A stretch of 64,000 nt of DNA from Podarcis tiliguerta. Lineage: Eukaryota. Each line of letters opens with the position of its first letter. The first letter of the stretch is position 1. The position numbers were made by a program, and so were the translations under genes. The stretch lies in the NCBI GenBank assembly GCA_965153285.1, contig OZ229121.1. One strand, 5' to 3'. Of this stretch, positions 50,895 through 63,916 are shown in pieces. Below the pieces are notes generated by a model. That model was given only the letters and a program-made list of their open reading frames with translations. It was not told the origin of the DNA and ran no database searches.

Positions 50895-52710
50895 GACTGT
50901 CAGACCAGACGTGAGCAAAACTAGGTTCAAATCCCCACTGAATCGTCAGGCATACTAAATGATCTTGGGCCAATTACCAAATCTCACCCTAACCTACCTC
51001 ACTGGGTTGTTGTTAGGATAGAATGGGAGGCAACTACTATGAACTCAGAGCACAAAAAGTCATACCAATTGCCTTAGCAGTGTTTAACATTTTTCAGTCT
51101 CCACGCAGTCATCTGACATCTGGTTTTCCTTATGCAGTCCCACTATCTGATTTCTGGGAGTCCATGATAATGCTTTTGTTTATTTTTAGACCTTATAAGT
51201 GGAACAGTAGAAGGGGAAGGGGGGAAAATAGAATATGGTTGTCTTCATTCTAACTTCAGTGTTGGAGAATAGACTATTTATGCAATTGCATGACATTCAC
51301 TGCATAGTTAGCATGCTCAGTACGGAGGCAAATGGTGCAGCTCCGTACAACACACCATTCCACATGTTTTGGAATCCCATGAAGAACTTACCTAGTCAAT
51401 ATGCATTATTTGTCCAGGCTGTCATTTTAATACAACCCTAAAGATTATTCCTCCCTCTGCTTTGAACTTGGATATACAAACACAACAGGAACACTTGTAA
51501 CTCCATCCTTAAGACTTCCCCATCTGTGCAGAGTTCAGTATCTAAATGATTTACTTTTACTGTATAACAAATAAATACAGATTTGGCTTTAAAAGAGCAA
51601 CGAGAAAACTCAAGTAAATGTTTTTTTGGCATCCCCCATCCCACACAGTTAGGCTACAGTTCTGCACACCAATGAAACTACTAGATAAAGTGCTGGGCTT
51701 GGCCAATTAAGGCTTAAATTCTAACCCCACTTACTTGGCAGTATGCCCCCATTTAATTCAATGGGACTTGAATAAGCCTAACTAGCATTGCCCTGTAAGT
51801 GGTTGTGGACTTTTCTCAAGTTCAATTTTCTGTCTGCAAAATGGAAATAGTAGGAACCTACCCTGCAAGGTTACCAAAAGAATGAAGAACAATTGTAAAC
51901 AGGTTGCAGGTTGCAAGTGATGTGTGCATGATCTCCACAGCCAGCAAAGCTAAGTCTCTTGGCAGTCTTAGTTTGTATCCATGTATTTTAGAAATCATTA
52001 ATTACTGGTTTCATTGGCTTAATAATTATTCAGATCTACTTTCTAGATTTACTGGTCTCATGAAAAAATATTGATAGCCCATTACTAAAAAAATTAGTAA
52101 CCCAAAATTACGAATTAAGAATACGCATGTTGGACCCTAATTACATTTGTTAAGCTAACTCACTGGATGAATAAGGGGGCGGGGGGGGCGGGGAGAAAGG
52201 CTGTAAAGAAGCATAGCTCAGATAAATTCTTAAAATATTACAGTAAAGACCCTGTTCCAGGAGCAATGAATTAGACAAAAGTAATGACTAATTAGAATTG
52301 AAGTTTTTATTGTGAGTTAATTTGATGCAAAGTTCTTCAAATTAAATGGTTGCAGGAAGTAAGGACCATTATTTTTAATGAAGATTTACAATAAGAATTC
52401 TAAATGGATATGTGTGATTAAGAAGAAATGATTGTAATTTAGTAGTTTTGTAATAGAGAAATGGGACGAAAATAAATATCTAAGTCTGAAGCAGAAATTT
52501 ATGAAAGAAAGAAGCATCTTGGCAGTGCCCTTTCTATGCAAAACCTGGATCAAGAAAACATTCAGGGAGAAATTTCCAGTGAACATTACCCAACTTTTGG
52601 AATTCACTTCCACCCAGAGGTTGTAAAAACTTTAAGGTTAGATGCACAGTAACATTTGGGGGAAGAAGCAAACATTCTGTAGCCTGGACTGAGCTGCAGA
52701 TGAGGATACT

Positions 52711-52850
52711 TAGAACCACAGAATTTATAGAGTTGGAACGGACCACGAGGGTCATCTAATCCAACCCCCTGCAATGCGGGATTATTTTGCCCAACATGGG
52801 GCTTGAACCTATGATCCTGAGATCAAGAGTCTCATGCTCTATCAATTTGG
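52711..52850 (-). mobile_element. tRNA-Lys-derived SINE with CR1-type 3' tail (Squam2-like)
   Basis: reverse of tagagcatgagactctt..ctcagg..ggttcaagccccatgttgggc followed by gcagggggttgga..gaccctcgtggtc..ttccaactct. Confidence 0.7.
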
Positions 52851-52891
52851 AAGCCAGCTGTCAGTCCACTGGCTTCCAAAAAGTATTTTAG

Positions 52892-54292
52892 GAGCTTCCG
52901 GTTCTGATCCACCTTAATGGAGGCAGCCCCCATGACAGCAGGAGATTGTAGGCCAAGAAAAAACAAAGGTGACTGAGAGCTAATCATCCTTGCAAATTCC
53001 TCCCAGGGACTGGGGGAACGAGCTTCACCTGCAGTTCATCTTGGTACCTGGCTCTTGCTCCGGCATGGATTGGGGGGGGGGGAGTGGCACAGGGAGGCAC
53101 TGAGTACAAAAGCACCGAGTACAAAAGCCTGGCAAAAATCCTCCAAACGCCGCCGTTAAAAAGCGTAATTAATTAATTAGAGCGTAATTGGACTAAAGTA
53201 CAGGACTTTAGGGTTTGGAATTTGAGATGAGACTTCATTTGGTGCAAATGACAGTAGGCGGGGGAGCCTACAGTTTCTTTATTTAAAGTTTTCTTCTCTA
53301 CATTTATGATTTGGCAACCCTCCTCTGAATGTTAGTTCAAATTGTATTTGCACAAGTGAAGATGGAAGAAATTGGATTATAAATATGGAATATAACATCA
53401 AATGGAGCTATGTGTAAAAAAAAAAAGGAAAAGGGGAGGGAAGCTCTATTTTACAAAAGGTTTACGATGGAAACTTAGAGCTGACTCTTCCCTATCCTTT
53501 ATTATCTACGAACTGAATAACACTAAGCAAACTGAATAACACTAAGAGAACATGGATTTTAATTTAATTGGAAGGATAATTCCTCATATATCTTCAGTTG
53601 GAAGGAAGGATGAAAGGAGTCTGTGAACTGCCAAGGAACTGATAAGGTTCCTTACTGAGTCAGCTGCAGTTCAAGAGACCGCTCCTTTTCCCAGGTTGAG
53701 AGGTAAAATGGTGACAACAGGTAATATCTACTGGGACAGAGTGACTTTTGCAGCTGTTGTTAAAAGTTCTTGGTGCAAAACAACAAAGCGTGGGGCAGAG
53801 CGATGGAGAAATTTCAGGAACAACAATGAGATATCAGCTCCGCCCAAAGCATGACGGATAACAGCAACAACCAAGGAAAGAAAGACATAACATCTTACAA
53901 GGAGGAACATCTTACAGGATCTTACATAACATCTTATAGGAAGAAACACCACGGATGGAATATTTGACACACACAGGAAGAACAAGGACATAGTTTGAGT
54001 TCCTCACTTGAAATTTGATAAATCATTTAATGTGTCAACACGAATAGAAGTTATGAATACTGCAGTTGTTATAAGAGGAATTATGATTATGACCAGAATG
54101 TAACTGAAACTAATAAGATTTTGGAACACAGAAATAAAGAAAATCATCAAATCTAGCAAGTGGGGCCCCACTTTAACTAAATTATATAATTTGGTAGAAT
54201 GACTGGTATTAATAATTGTATTATAAATGGATATTGTTATAATGAGGTTAATGTTTGACTGAAATTGAAAACCAATAAAATTTTATTTTTAA
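52892..54292 (+). mobile_element. 1.4-kb L1-like non-autonomous element with 5'UTR and polyA end
   Basis: starts gagcttccgg...aatggagg, AATAAA 54274, A tail, 14-bp TSD aaaaagtattttag/aaaaagcattttag. Confidence 0.65.
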
Positions 54293-56254
54293 AAAAAGCA
54301 TTTTAGATCCTTTATAAACAGAGTCCATATGTTTCTTATTTTACCTGCCCTCCTCCTCTGGAGACAGGCTCAGCTAAAAAGTCCGAATCCATTCAGGAAT
54401 TAACAGGGAATCCTGGTTAATTAACTTTAATAGGTCTACTCTGGGTAGGACTAACAGGAAAACCCTCAGTCTCATTTTCCCCCCTTGGTAAATAGGAGAC
54501 CAAATGTGGATAGAGAGAAAAGTGATACCCAACTTACTGAAAGCGCCACAAAAATACATTTAGATCACTTAATATATCATTGGTTCCTAAAGGGTATCCC
54601 TGAGGAAGAGTCACTCTAAATCATTTAGCAAAACTTGAAGCAGATCACTCCACTCATTAAAGCTGTTGAAGCAGTTGGGGGGGGGAGGAGACGGTCCTGC
54701 AAGCAGCTCACTTCCCCAGAGAGAATATAAGCGTTCAGATTATCTTTGAACTCCAGAACTACCCTGAGAAAACCTCAAATTCTTAAAAGAAGCATGCAGT
54801 ACAGAGAAGCTCCTTGAAGTTGTATTGAGTTTTCCAACGAGTTTTTCTATTAACATTTTATTTGCTTGGAGCAGTGGTTAAGAAATGAAGTAAAGAGGGA
54901 AAAAGTAGGTCAGTGTGCTTCTCTTTGCATGTCTTCCTGACGCCATTAAAAGTGCCTGTCAGATGACTAGCCAAGCCTGTAATCCACAGTAAAAGCATGT
55001 TTGCATTCAGCTGCACTTTCTGCCAGGGGACAAGCGGAATCCCATTTAGCTCCAACTCCCAAATTTAGGCATGCGTCTCGAAAACGCAAAGAATCTCTTC
55101 ATTGTGGATCTATATCCTAGCCAAGTCTGCAATGTGCCTGCAATAGGCAACCCGTTACAGATTTGGGACAGCTAGAATCCTAGAGATAATGAAACAATTT
55201 TCCAGCCTTTGGCACTGCCTGTAGGACCGAACAGTACAGCTTTTAAAAGTCAGTTTCAGAATCTTCACTAATAGACTTTTCACTAGAACTAGGACGAAAA
55301 TCTTTAAAAAAAAACAAAAAAACCTATGCTATTTTTCTGCAACACACACAAATGATTCCACTGGAAAGAGCTGGGATAAGAGGAGAAATAAGATAACAGT
55401 TTGAACCCCGTAATCTGGAATCTCCTCCAAACCTGTGCCAAAGTTTTGCAGGTTTTTTTGCAGCGAAAACTCACGTTTTGCAGTGCACCACAAACCGAGT
55501 AATTGATACATCAAACACAGGGCTTGTACTTAATCCAAAAATTTGGGATCCTCTAGTTAATAGGACCGAAACATTTCACTGCAGAGATCCCTGTCAGTTT
55601 TCTCCTGTTACCTGCAGCACTTAAACTGCAATCCTATACATACGTACCTGGGAGTAAGCCCCACTCAACTCATGGATATACTGAACTCATGGATATATAA
55701 TTGCCATGGATATACACACATAGACCATTCTTCTAAAATCCTAAATATAGGGATTATAATTCACTTATAACAGATATTTTTAAGAGTTGCCTTTCCACTG
55801 CTCGCATTCTACTTCCTGTTTTGTTTGTTTCCGCCTAAGCAACACATACCCAGGTTTTGTATCAAATACGGAACATTTCAGAGGAAAGAACTGCCAAATG
55901 AGATCTAAAAAAACGCAGTTCAAGAGAGTGAAGACACTTCAATCGGATGTTATTTTTAGAGCCAAGCCGTAAGGTTAGCATCTTGGAATGAAGCCAAAGG
56001 AGCTGAAACATGGCAGAGAGCCACCGCAGTAAGCTGGCTTGTCAAGATCGCAGCTTTCGATAATCCGCTCCACAAAAATATGTACGCCGTACTGTTACTG
56101 AAATAAGCACAATCGCTTATTTATGTAAGATGTATAAATGCACATTGCCCTCAAAAGGTGGTGTTCAAAATTCTGTAGAAAATCTCCCAACTATCAGATT
56201 TAAAATTATACCTCAAAATTATCAGTAGCAATGAATACATAGCTATTAATAATA

Positions 56255-56493
56255 CAGTGGTACCTCAGGTTACATATACTTCAGGTTACATACGCTTCAG
56301 ATTACAGACTCCGCTAACCCAGAAATAGTACCTCGGGTTAAGAACTTTGCTTCAGGATGAGAACAGAAATCATGCTCTGGCAGCGCGGCAGCAGTAGGCC
56401 CCATTAGCTAAAGTGGTGCTTCAGGTTAAGAACAGTTTCAGGTTAAGAACGGACCTCCGGAACGAATTAAGTACTTAACCTGAGGTACCACTG
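56255..56493. mobile_element. Tc1/pogo (Tigger-like) MITE
   Basis: CAGTGGTACCTCAGGTTA TIR, TA TSD. Confidence 0.9.
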
Positions 56494-56704
56494 TAGTGTA
56501 GCCAGAATGCCTTAAACAGTTCTCTAAAATCAACAATTATGGAACTATACACATTTCTTAAGAGAAAAGGAACTTCATGAACACAAGGCCACCACCGTGA
56601 AAATTGTTCCTGGCATTTCTCATTGATAAGCTAGAAAGCAGGTCCTCAAAACAGGTCATATTGCCCCAGGTAGGCCTTCAGATAACCTGGTCCCAAACCA
56701 GTTA

Positions 56705-56945
56705 GGGCTATAAACACCAAAACCAAACCTTTAAATTGCATCCAGAAACAAACTGGCAGCCCGTGTAACCAGTACAGAATCTGTGCAATGTGGTCCTGTC
56801 ATCAGGAACCCACAAGGGTTCTTGCTGATGTTTCCAGACCGTCTCCAAAGGCAGCCCCATGTAGAGCGCATTGCAGTAACCCAGCACATTCTGAATGAAA
56901 CCAGAACATGTGTCACTGAAAAGGTCTGCTTGCAAAGCACTGAGC
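56705..56945 (-). mobile_element. old L2 ORF2 fragment
   Basis: LGYCNALYMGLPLETVWK on -. Confidence 0.7.
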
Positions 56946-58408
56946 TGCACCTCTTTCTCTAAAAAATATTAAATGTGGACCTTCCTATTGCTTAGTCAAA
57001 CTGAAGCAACAACATGTGACCTGGAAGAAAACGAGAGTTGGGATGCTAGTGTAACGATTCTTGGAATTTAATAGTAATAGAAGTGGAACTGATGATGATG
57101 GTTATATTTAATGATATCCCATTTTCCCCAGACCAGAACTCAAGGTAGCTTACAGATAAAAATAGAAAAACACAGGCAAAATTGGGGGGGGGGGGGGAGC
57201 TAAAAACAAAAAAGACAATCCTTAAAAAGTAATTAAACACTTACAATATATAAAAAGATCTATTAAAAATACAGATTAAAACAACAATAAAAGCACCACA
57301 GCACTGGCCTGCTCCTTAAAAATATATAGCTTAACCAAAATACAGGATGGCTGGCAAGGACAGAAGGATTTCCAAATGAAAAGCAAACCAGAGAAGAAGT
57401 GGGCATAATTTTGTCAAAAACGGATGCAGCAGAAGAAGAGCAGTGAAAGGCTCACCACAGATGTTATACCTCAGAGAATAAGGCTTAGCGCAACTTCCAG
57501 CTGAGGACATGTAATCAATCTTTGTACGAGCTTATTAGTTGCATCTCCCTTATGTTACTCTACCCCAACAAAGAAAACGAAAAGGCACACACAAAATGGG
57601 AGGCATCAGTAGGATGATTCAACCAAAAAGCGCTAAAGCTCATGTTTCTGCTACGATGGGTCTCACGGCTGTGTGTTGGAAATGAAAAATCAATGTCAGA
57701 AACTAAAAATAATTCCATTCCCCTGCCCCACAAAGCCTGGAAAACTGAAAGGAGCTGTTCCAGAACTAACCTAACCCCCTTCTCTCAGTAGCAATCGTAT
57801 ATTTTTCATCCTCTTTCAGAATCCTCAAGTACTCCTGGGACCACGTTCCACTAGGACAAACACCCTGCCCCCCCCCCCACTCTGGACTGTGCAGCAGTAA
57901 TTCAGAAACATCGCTCCTTCCTTCTTGATTCTACTATCTGCTATCCTGTTTTCCTGAGCTTTGTCTCTGGGTTTCCTCCCACCCCAACTTTATTCTTTAG
58001 CAATTCTGAAAAGATGCTAGTCATAAGGCACGGCAGAAGGGGGAAATGACCATTTTCTACACTTGCCCACTTCTGAACATAGACCCATGGAGTTCAAGAG
58101 GATTTACTGTTGGTAAGCATGTTCAAGATTGCAGCCTTAATGTGGGGTTTATGTTGCTGTCATAATGGGCTCAACCTCCCACCATTCCCACCCCCTAAAA
58201 TATACATATATGCAGAGAGATGTATCAGAGTGGTACCCCATCAGATGTATGCAATGCCCTCTTGCCCCGTGACAAGACCCTCCTACGGCTTGAAGTGCAC
58301 TGCAACACTTCCTGCCATTCACAGTGGAAGAAGGTCGTCTTCTACATCTACAGGCCTTCTTCAGCATGGGGTGATCAGGTAGAGGACAGCAGAGTTTTCC
58401 TTCCCGGA

Positions 58409-58843
58409 TGTCAGGGAACTGCCATCAGTGCCGGAGGGAGAGAACAAAATCCAGAGGGATTCCGGAGAGCGTCCCGGGATTGGGAGAGGCAGCCAATCTT
58501 CTGGGGAAGAGAATCAGCGTAGCACCAGTGGAGAAGGGGGGCAGATGGGGGAAGCGGCGAGGCGGTCCCATGACTCTTTGCCGGGGACCAGCGGGGAGAG
58601 TAGAGGTCCTCCGCTGCCTACGCCCTCCTTGCGCAGAAGGCTTTCGCGCAGAGAGAGTAGGAGGAGACTAGGCGTCAAAGAGCTTCTTTGCTGGAAGAAG
58701 TTTAAGAAACGCCCACCGACGGATTCTGCCAGCGATTGAGACAGCCACGGGTGAGTGGCTGTCCGGACAGAAAAGGTTCACTCAGGCAATCCAGCCAGGT
58801 GCTTGCACCGGCTTACGCACGAGCAACCCCTAGAACCATTACA
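58409..58843 (+). mobile_element. solo LTR (435 bp) related in design to the 8291-9053 LTR
   Basis: TGTCAGGG...TTACA, TSD CCGGA/CCGAA (4/5), ORF from base 2 to TGA 58739, 9-bp hairpin 58740-58763; no AATAAA seen. Confidence 0.7.
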
Positions 58844-59318
58844 CCGAAGTACGATGTGAAGGCATGTGGTGACCCTTCCTTTGTTGAAAGCTCAACAGGT
58901 CTGGGTACACTCAGTCCCTGGGAAATTGTGTGCATGCCACATTGAGCCCCATTATGATGGGGCGGGGGAGGTGGAATATAAACACAAGAAAATAAATAAA
59001 TTAATAAACCCCATGGGGTGCAGCTACCCCTGCAACTGAGCAGGATGCTCAAACCCCTTTGGTTGTTTCTTTCGGCAGGATTATTCAATTGTCTAGAATG
59101 CTTTTCTGAAACCAAACGAGTTGCAAATGAACCCGCAAGCTATTAGTTCGCTGTACACGGCACGGGAGGGAAAGATCATTAGATGAGTTTGGTGCCGTTG
59201 TTGCTATTACATAACCATCTCAGCAGAACATGGGTTTCATTTTGGTATTAATAATTTACTGGAGTCGTTGCTTTGAAACCTTAAAACTGGCAGATGGAAG
59301 GCAAAGCGAAACTGGGAA

Positions 59319-59321
<3 letters not shown>

Positions 59322-59368
<47 letters not shown>
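59322..59368. repeat. (GA)n microsatellite
   Basis: direct reading. Confidence 0.95.
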
Positions 59369-59370
<2 letters not shown>

Positions 59371-59800
59371 TTGCAGGTAAGAGAAATAAAGATACCTGCT
59401 TACAGAAGGTTATTAAACACTACCCTTAGAGGAGCAAAGATGTTTAATCACAGGGGGGGAAATGCACAGATATATTTCAATTTGGTCTAAACTAGGCCTG
59501 GCTGACGTATCAATACAACATACAGGGCCAATTTGAGGGCCAGAGTGCAATGGTGCCTTCAACCAGCTGTACACCGCAGGTGGGGTTTGCCTGCGCCTTA
59601 CTTTCTCCGCTGCCTTCTTCCTCCCTTTGCTGGGCACTGACTGGTAGGAGTGGTGGTTTCAGCCTGAGGGGTCGAGGCCAATGCAGCTTGTTTCTCCCTC
59701 CACTTTTCAACATTGCGATGTTTGGCTGGTCATAACATTGAGATGTTGAAAAGTTGATCTCGTCCAGCCCTAGCCTAAACCATGCTTTTATCTATCAACC

Positions 59801-60543
59801 TGTACTGTTTTGGGGGGACAGGGGGCGGGCGGGTATGGGGGATTCCCTGGTCCTGAATGGGGTAACCGTGCCCCTGAAGGACCAGGTCATTTTGGACTCA
59901 CAGCTGTCCATGGAGGCGCAGGTTAATTCTGTCTCCAGGGCGGCTGTCTACCACCTCCACCTGGTACGCAGGCTAAGAGCCTACCTGCCCACGGACTGTC
60001 TCACCAGAGTGGTGCATGCTCTAGTTATCTCCCGCTTGGACTACTGCAATGCGCTCTACGTGGGGCTACCTTCGAAGGTAACCTGGAAACTACAACTAAT
60101 CCAGAATGCAGCAGCTAGACTGGTGACTGGGAGTGGCCGCCGGGACCACATAACACCCAGTACGTTTCCGAGCACAATTCAAAGTGTTGGTGCTGACCTT
60201 TAAAGCCCTAAACGGCCTCGGTCCTGTATACCTGAAGGAGCGTCTCCACCCCCAAAGTTCAGCCTGGACACTGAGATCCAGTGCTGAGGGCCTTCTGGTG
60301 GTTCCCTCCTTGTGAGAAGTGAGGTTATGGGGAACAAGACAGAGGGCCTTCTCGGTAGTGGCGCCCATCCTGTGGAACACCCTCCCTTCAGATGTGAAGG
60401 AAATAAGCAGTTATCCTATTTTCAAAAGACATCTGAAGGCAGCCCTGTTCAGGGAAGTTTTTAATATTTAATTCTGTATTGTTTTTAACACTTGATTGGG
60501 AGACGCCCAGAGTGGCTGGGGAAACTCAGCCAGATGGGCAGGG

Positions 60544-60580
<37 letters not shown>

Positions 60581-60587
60581 TTATTTA
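59801..60587 (+). mobile_element. L2 LINE 3' fragment with small internal deletions, (ATTT)n tail
   Basis: VVHALVISRLDYCNALYVGLPSKVTWKLQLIQNAAARLVTGSGRRDHITP. Confidence 0.92.
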
Positions 60588-62540
60588 CCTTCGAATTATA
60601 TAGGACAAGCGTCCCTAACCTGGTGCTTTGATCTGTAACTTCCATCAGGAGTGTATCTAGAAAAGGTAAAAGGAAAGAAAATGGCCATCCCACCTGAAGG
60701 CACACAAGTACAGTCCTGGTGCAATGTGGCTGCCTTTTCTCCTAGCATAATACAGCGCCTGCCTCAATCTGGACTTGAGGACTGGACACTAATCCAAAGA
60801 GAAAAATTCAAATCTGCATCTGCCATCAGTCTTGGCTCATTAGCTCTGCAGAGCAGTGGGGGGGGGGGGGGAGGAACCCCTACAGTAAAAAGGGCCATAA
60901 AATCCCTGGATACGTTCAAAGAGAATAATTATTCCGCTACAAATCTCTGAATTAATTGCAGCTCATCATTTACCTATTTGAAAGTAAACCGCTAGTTAGT
61001 GAAAGAAACAGGGTTTGCTGCTCTTCACAATCACATTATACTCATGGATGCCTTTAAATTCCTATCCATGGCAGGGACTGGCAGGAGGAGGCGGGTACAG
61101 TATTTACGGACGCAGCTGCTTTCCACTGAAACCGACTAAAAGGGCAGCCTCTGGCCGCAAGGCTGCGAGTATCTTCTCCGTAAAACATACAGAGAACCCA
61201 AACAGTAATGGATACGCAGACAAGTTCGCACAGCTCTGGTTGGGCGTTCATTCATTCCCTGCCCTTAGGAGCAGGCATTTGGGTTGCTATTAATGTTGTC
61301 CACCATGATTAACTTGCCCATTGGGGGCTGGTTCAGCAACATAGGCTTGTTTCCCTGCAGAGCCTTGGGAACATCTTCTTGTCCTTTGTTTGTGGCACTC
61401 ATGTTGTACGGGGAAATGCGCTTGCAGCCAATCAAGCACTTTGTGAACAGAACGGCAGGAAGGGGAGGGAGACGTCATGCGCGCGCACACACACAGCTGA
61501 AGTGGCTTTTGTAGAAACGCTTTCCTAAGGGAATAACCAAAAACAGTGGCCGGTATTTAACTAGGCTTTACACAGAGTAGGCCTACTGAAACTGGGCTGA
61601 ACTGAAGTCACGTTCATTAATTATAATGGGTCTATTATGAGTAAAACTTAAGTTTGATACCACTCAATTCATTCTGGAACGCTAGTTTTTTAAAATTGCT
61701 CGTTAGGAACACTTTGCAAATGACTAATTTCTCATGCAGGCATTACTTTCATGTTTTTAATATCTTATCTGTGGACTCCTTCAGTGGGTAGGATGTTTTA
61801 ATCCTGCCTTTTAAAAATAAGATTGTCTTTTAGATATTTGTTTTTCTTTTGCGTAGGTGTAAAAAAATTATCATCATCATCATCATCACATATCGCAAGT
61901 CACTTTGAGTTGCCTTGGTAAAAAAAGCAGCCAATTAAATTTAGTAAATAAAAAACGAATAAACAAAAATAACATCACAGTAACCTCGTACTGTGTTTCA
62001 TACTAATGTTGCATTGCCCTTATTTGCACCCAGAAGATATCAATGGCTGCACTTTTATTACTCTGCTTCCCTGCCAACTCTTGTAACTGAAAAATTATCA
62101 ACTAAATATTTTATGTGGACTCCAAGTTGACACCCACCATCCAAAATTCTGCTACGAGACAGCTAGAGTTCAAAAAGTAATTTATACAGGCAACGGCTGT
62201 ATTCCTGCCTCTACTACAGCCTTGTTTTTCAATGCAGGTGCACGGAAGATCTTGTTACACACTCTGGGCATCTTGCTTTTCAGATTCCTTCTGATTCTGG
62301 CGCTTGTAAACACAGGACAAGAGTTTAAGACCTGCTTTGCTTTCGCATCTAAGTTTGCAGCACTGTATTCTAACTGAGGAGTTTCAGGCAATTGAAGAAA
62401 CACAGATGCTTAAGATTAGTTTAGCGGTGTACATTACAGCCTGGTTAGAAATCTCACCTCTTAAGACTCAAGCACAGATAAAATATAAACTCAGCAATAT
62501 GCACCTTGCAATGCACCTTACGATCAAAATGTTCTGTAGC

Positions 62541-62558
62541 TGACCCACTATGAGGTCA
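62541..62558. promoter_or_regulatory. candidate ER6 nuclear-receptor element TGACCC-actatg-AGGTCA
   Basis: two consensus RGGTCA half-sites in everted orientation with a 6-nt spacer; motif only. Confidence 0.3.
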
Positions 62559-63037
62559 GAGGTGGCTTTAGTAGGGTGCAATTGGTGTGGTCACGCTGGG
62601 TGCCGAGCTGCAGGGGGCGCCAAAACAAAGCTGTAGAATGTGGCATGAGAAGTGGGGTGCTGAATTTTAGTGTTGTACAGGGTGCCACTGGTGAGGTATA
62701 TAAAAGGTAAAAGCCTGGCTTGAAGGATTATTGCACTCATGTCCTCCTGCCTGTGGGCTTCTGATGGGCTGACCACTTTCAGAACAGAAAGCCTGGCTAG
62801 ACGGGCCTTTGGTTTGATCCAGCTGAGATTTTCTTATGTTCCGATGGCATTTTCTGACATTCACAAGCTGTGAAAGGCTGCAACATGTCCTCAGCCCCTA
62901 ATAGGACTGCTCCTTTTCAGGGTTGCAGCTAGACAATGCCAGGATGTTTAAGTCGCTCCGCACTGTCCGTCAATTCACTGTTTTTCTTTTCCATCTGACG
63001 TGCAACATGTCATGGCTCTTAGAAGTTATTGTATATA

Positions 63038-63371
63038 CAGTGGTGCCTCACAAGACGAAAAGAATCCGTTCTGCGGGTCTTTTCGTCTTGCGATTTTTTC
63101 GTCTTGCGAAGCAAGCCCATTGACGTAGTAGCGCTATTAGCGCTATTGGGTAAAAAAGGGCTAAAAACGGCTTTTTAAGGGGGGGGATTAGCGGTTTTGC
63201 TGCTAAAATGCTTTTAGCAGCTTAGCGATTCAGAATAAGGGGTTTTGGAGCAAAAAATAATAATTCAATTTTTTCGTCATTTTTTGTCTTGCGAAGCAAG
63301 CCCATAGGGAAATTCGTCTTGCGAAGCGCCTCTGCAGACGGAAAACCCTTTCGTCTTGTGGGGCACCACTG
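63038..63371. mobile_element. Tigger-like MITE, same family as 48541 with a different core
   Basis: TA-CAGTGGTGCCTCACAAGACGAAA...TTTCGTCTTGTGGGGCACCACTG-TA. Confidence 0.88.
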
Positions 63372-63727
63372 TAGTCGCTCTTCATTGGGCAGAGGAGCCC
63401 ACCACAATTTTTAAGGATTTTTTTTTTTGGGGGGGGGGGGACTTTGGCACTTCTGCATATCTTGGAAATCACGCAAGAATGCTGATATCTCCCCTCTTTT
63501 CCTCCTCTCCCACCTCAGAGGCCCTTTTCTGGCTCTAATTCAGTTGGCATGTAGGCACTGAATTTCCTGTTAGAAATTCCCTGCTAGCTGTGTACATATC
63601 TACAGGTACTACTGCAATGTCATGCAGCATGGAACCTAGGCAAGAAAAGGCCATCTCACTGTATTCTGTCAACTTTATTCCATGGCACCGTCAAAGGTTA
63701 TTTGGACAAACATTTCATGACTCTCTC

Positions 63728-63916
63728 CAGAGGAGCCAACTCCTAGGGGCCATGGGGCCTTCAGCCCCTATAATAAAATATTTGAGGGAACCGGGCCCCC
63801 ACAAAATTGATTGGCATTCCCATTCAAATGGTGTGCGCACACAGCATCATGTGATCGATTATGCAGGGCGGGGCTTACCTGCCCCCCCCAATATTTTATT
63901 TAGGTTGGCACCCCTG
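63728..63916. mobile_element. hAT MITE
   Basis: CAGAGGAGCCAAC / GTTGGCACCCCTG termini, perfect 8-bp TSD ACTCTCTC. Confidence 0.88.

Noticed and set aside
52790-52850. tRNA-Lys gene
   Set aside because: Degenerate tRNA head fused to a CR1-type tail, i.e. a SINE.
59754-60203. 149-aa RT-like ORF as an active element
   Set aside because: Truncated L2 ORF2 with internal deletions and a frameshift after DHITP.
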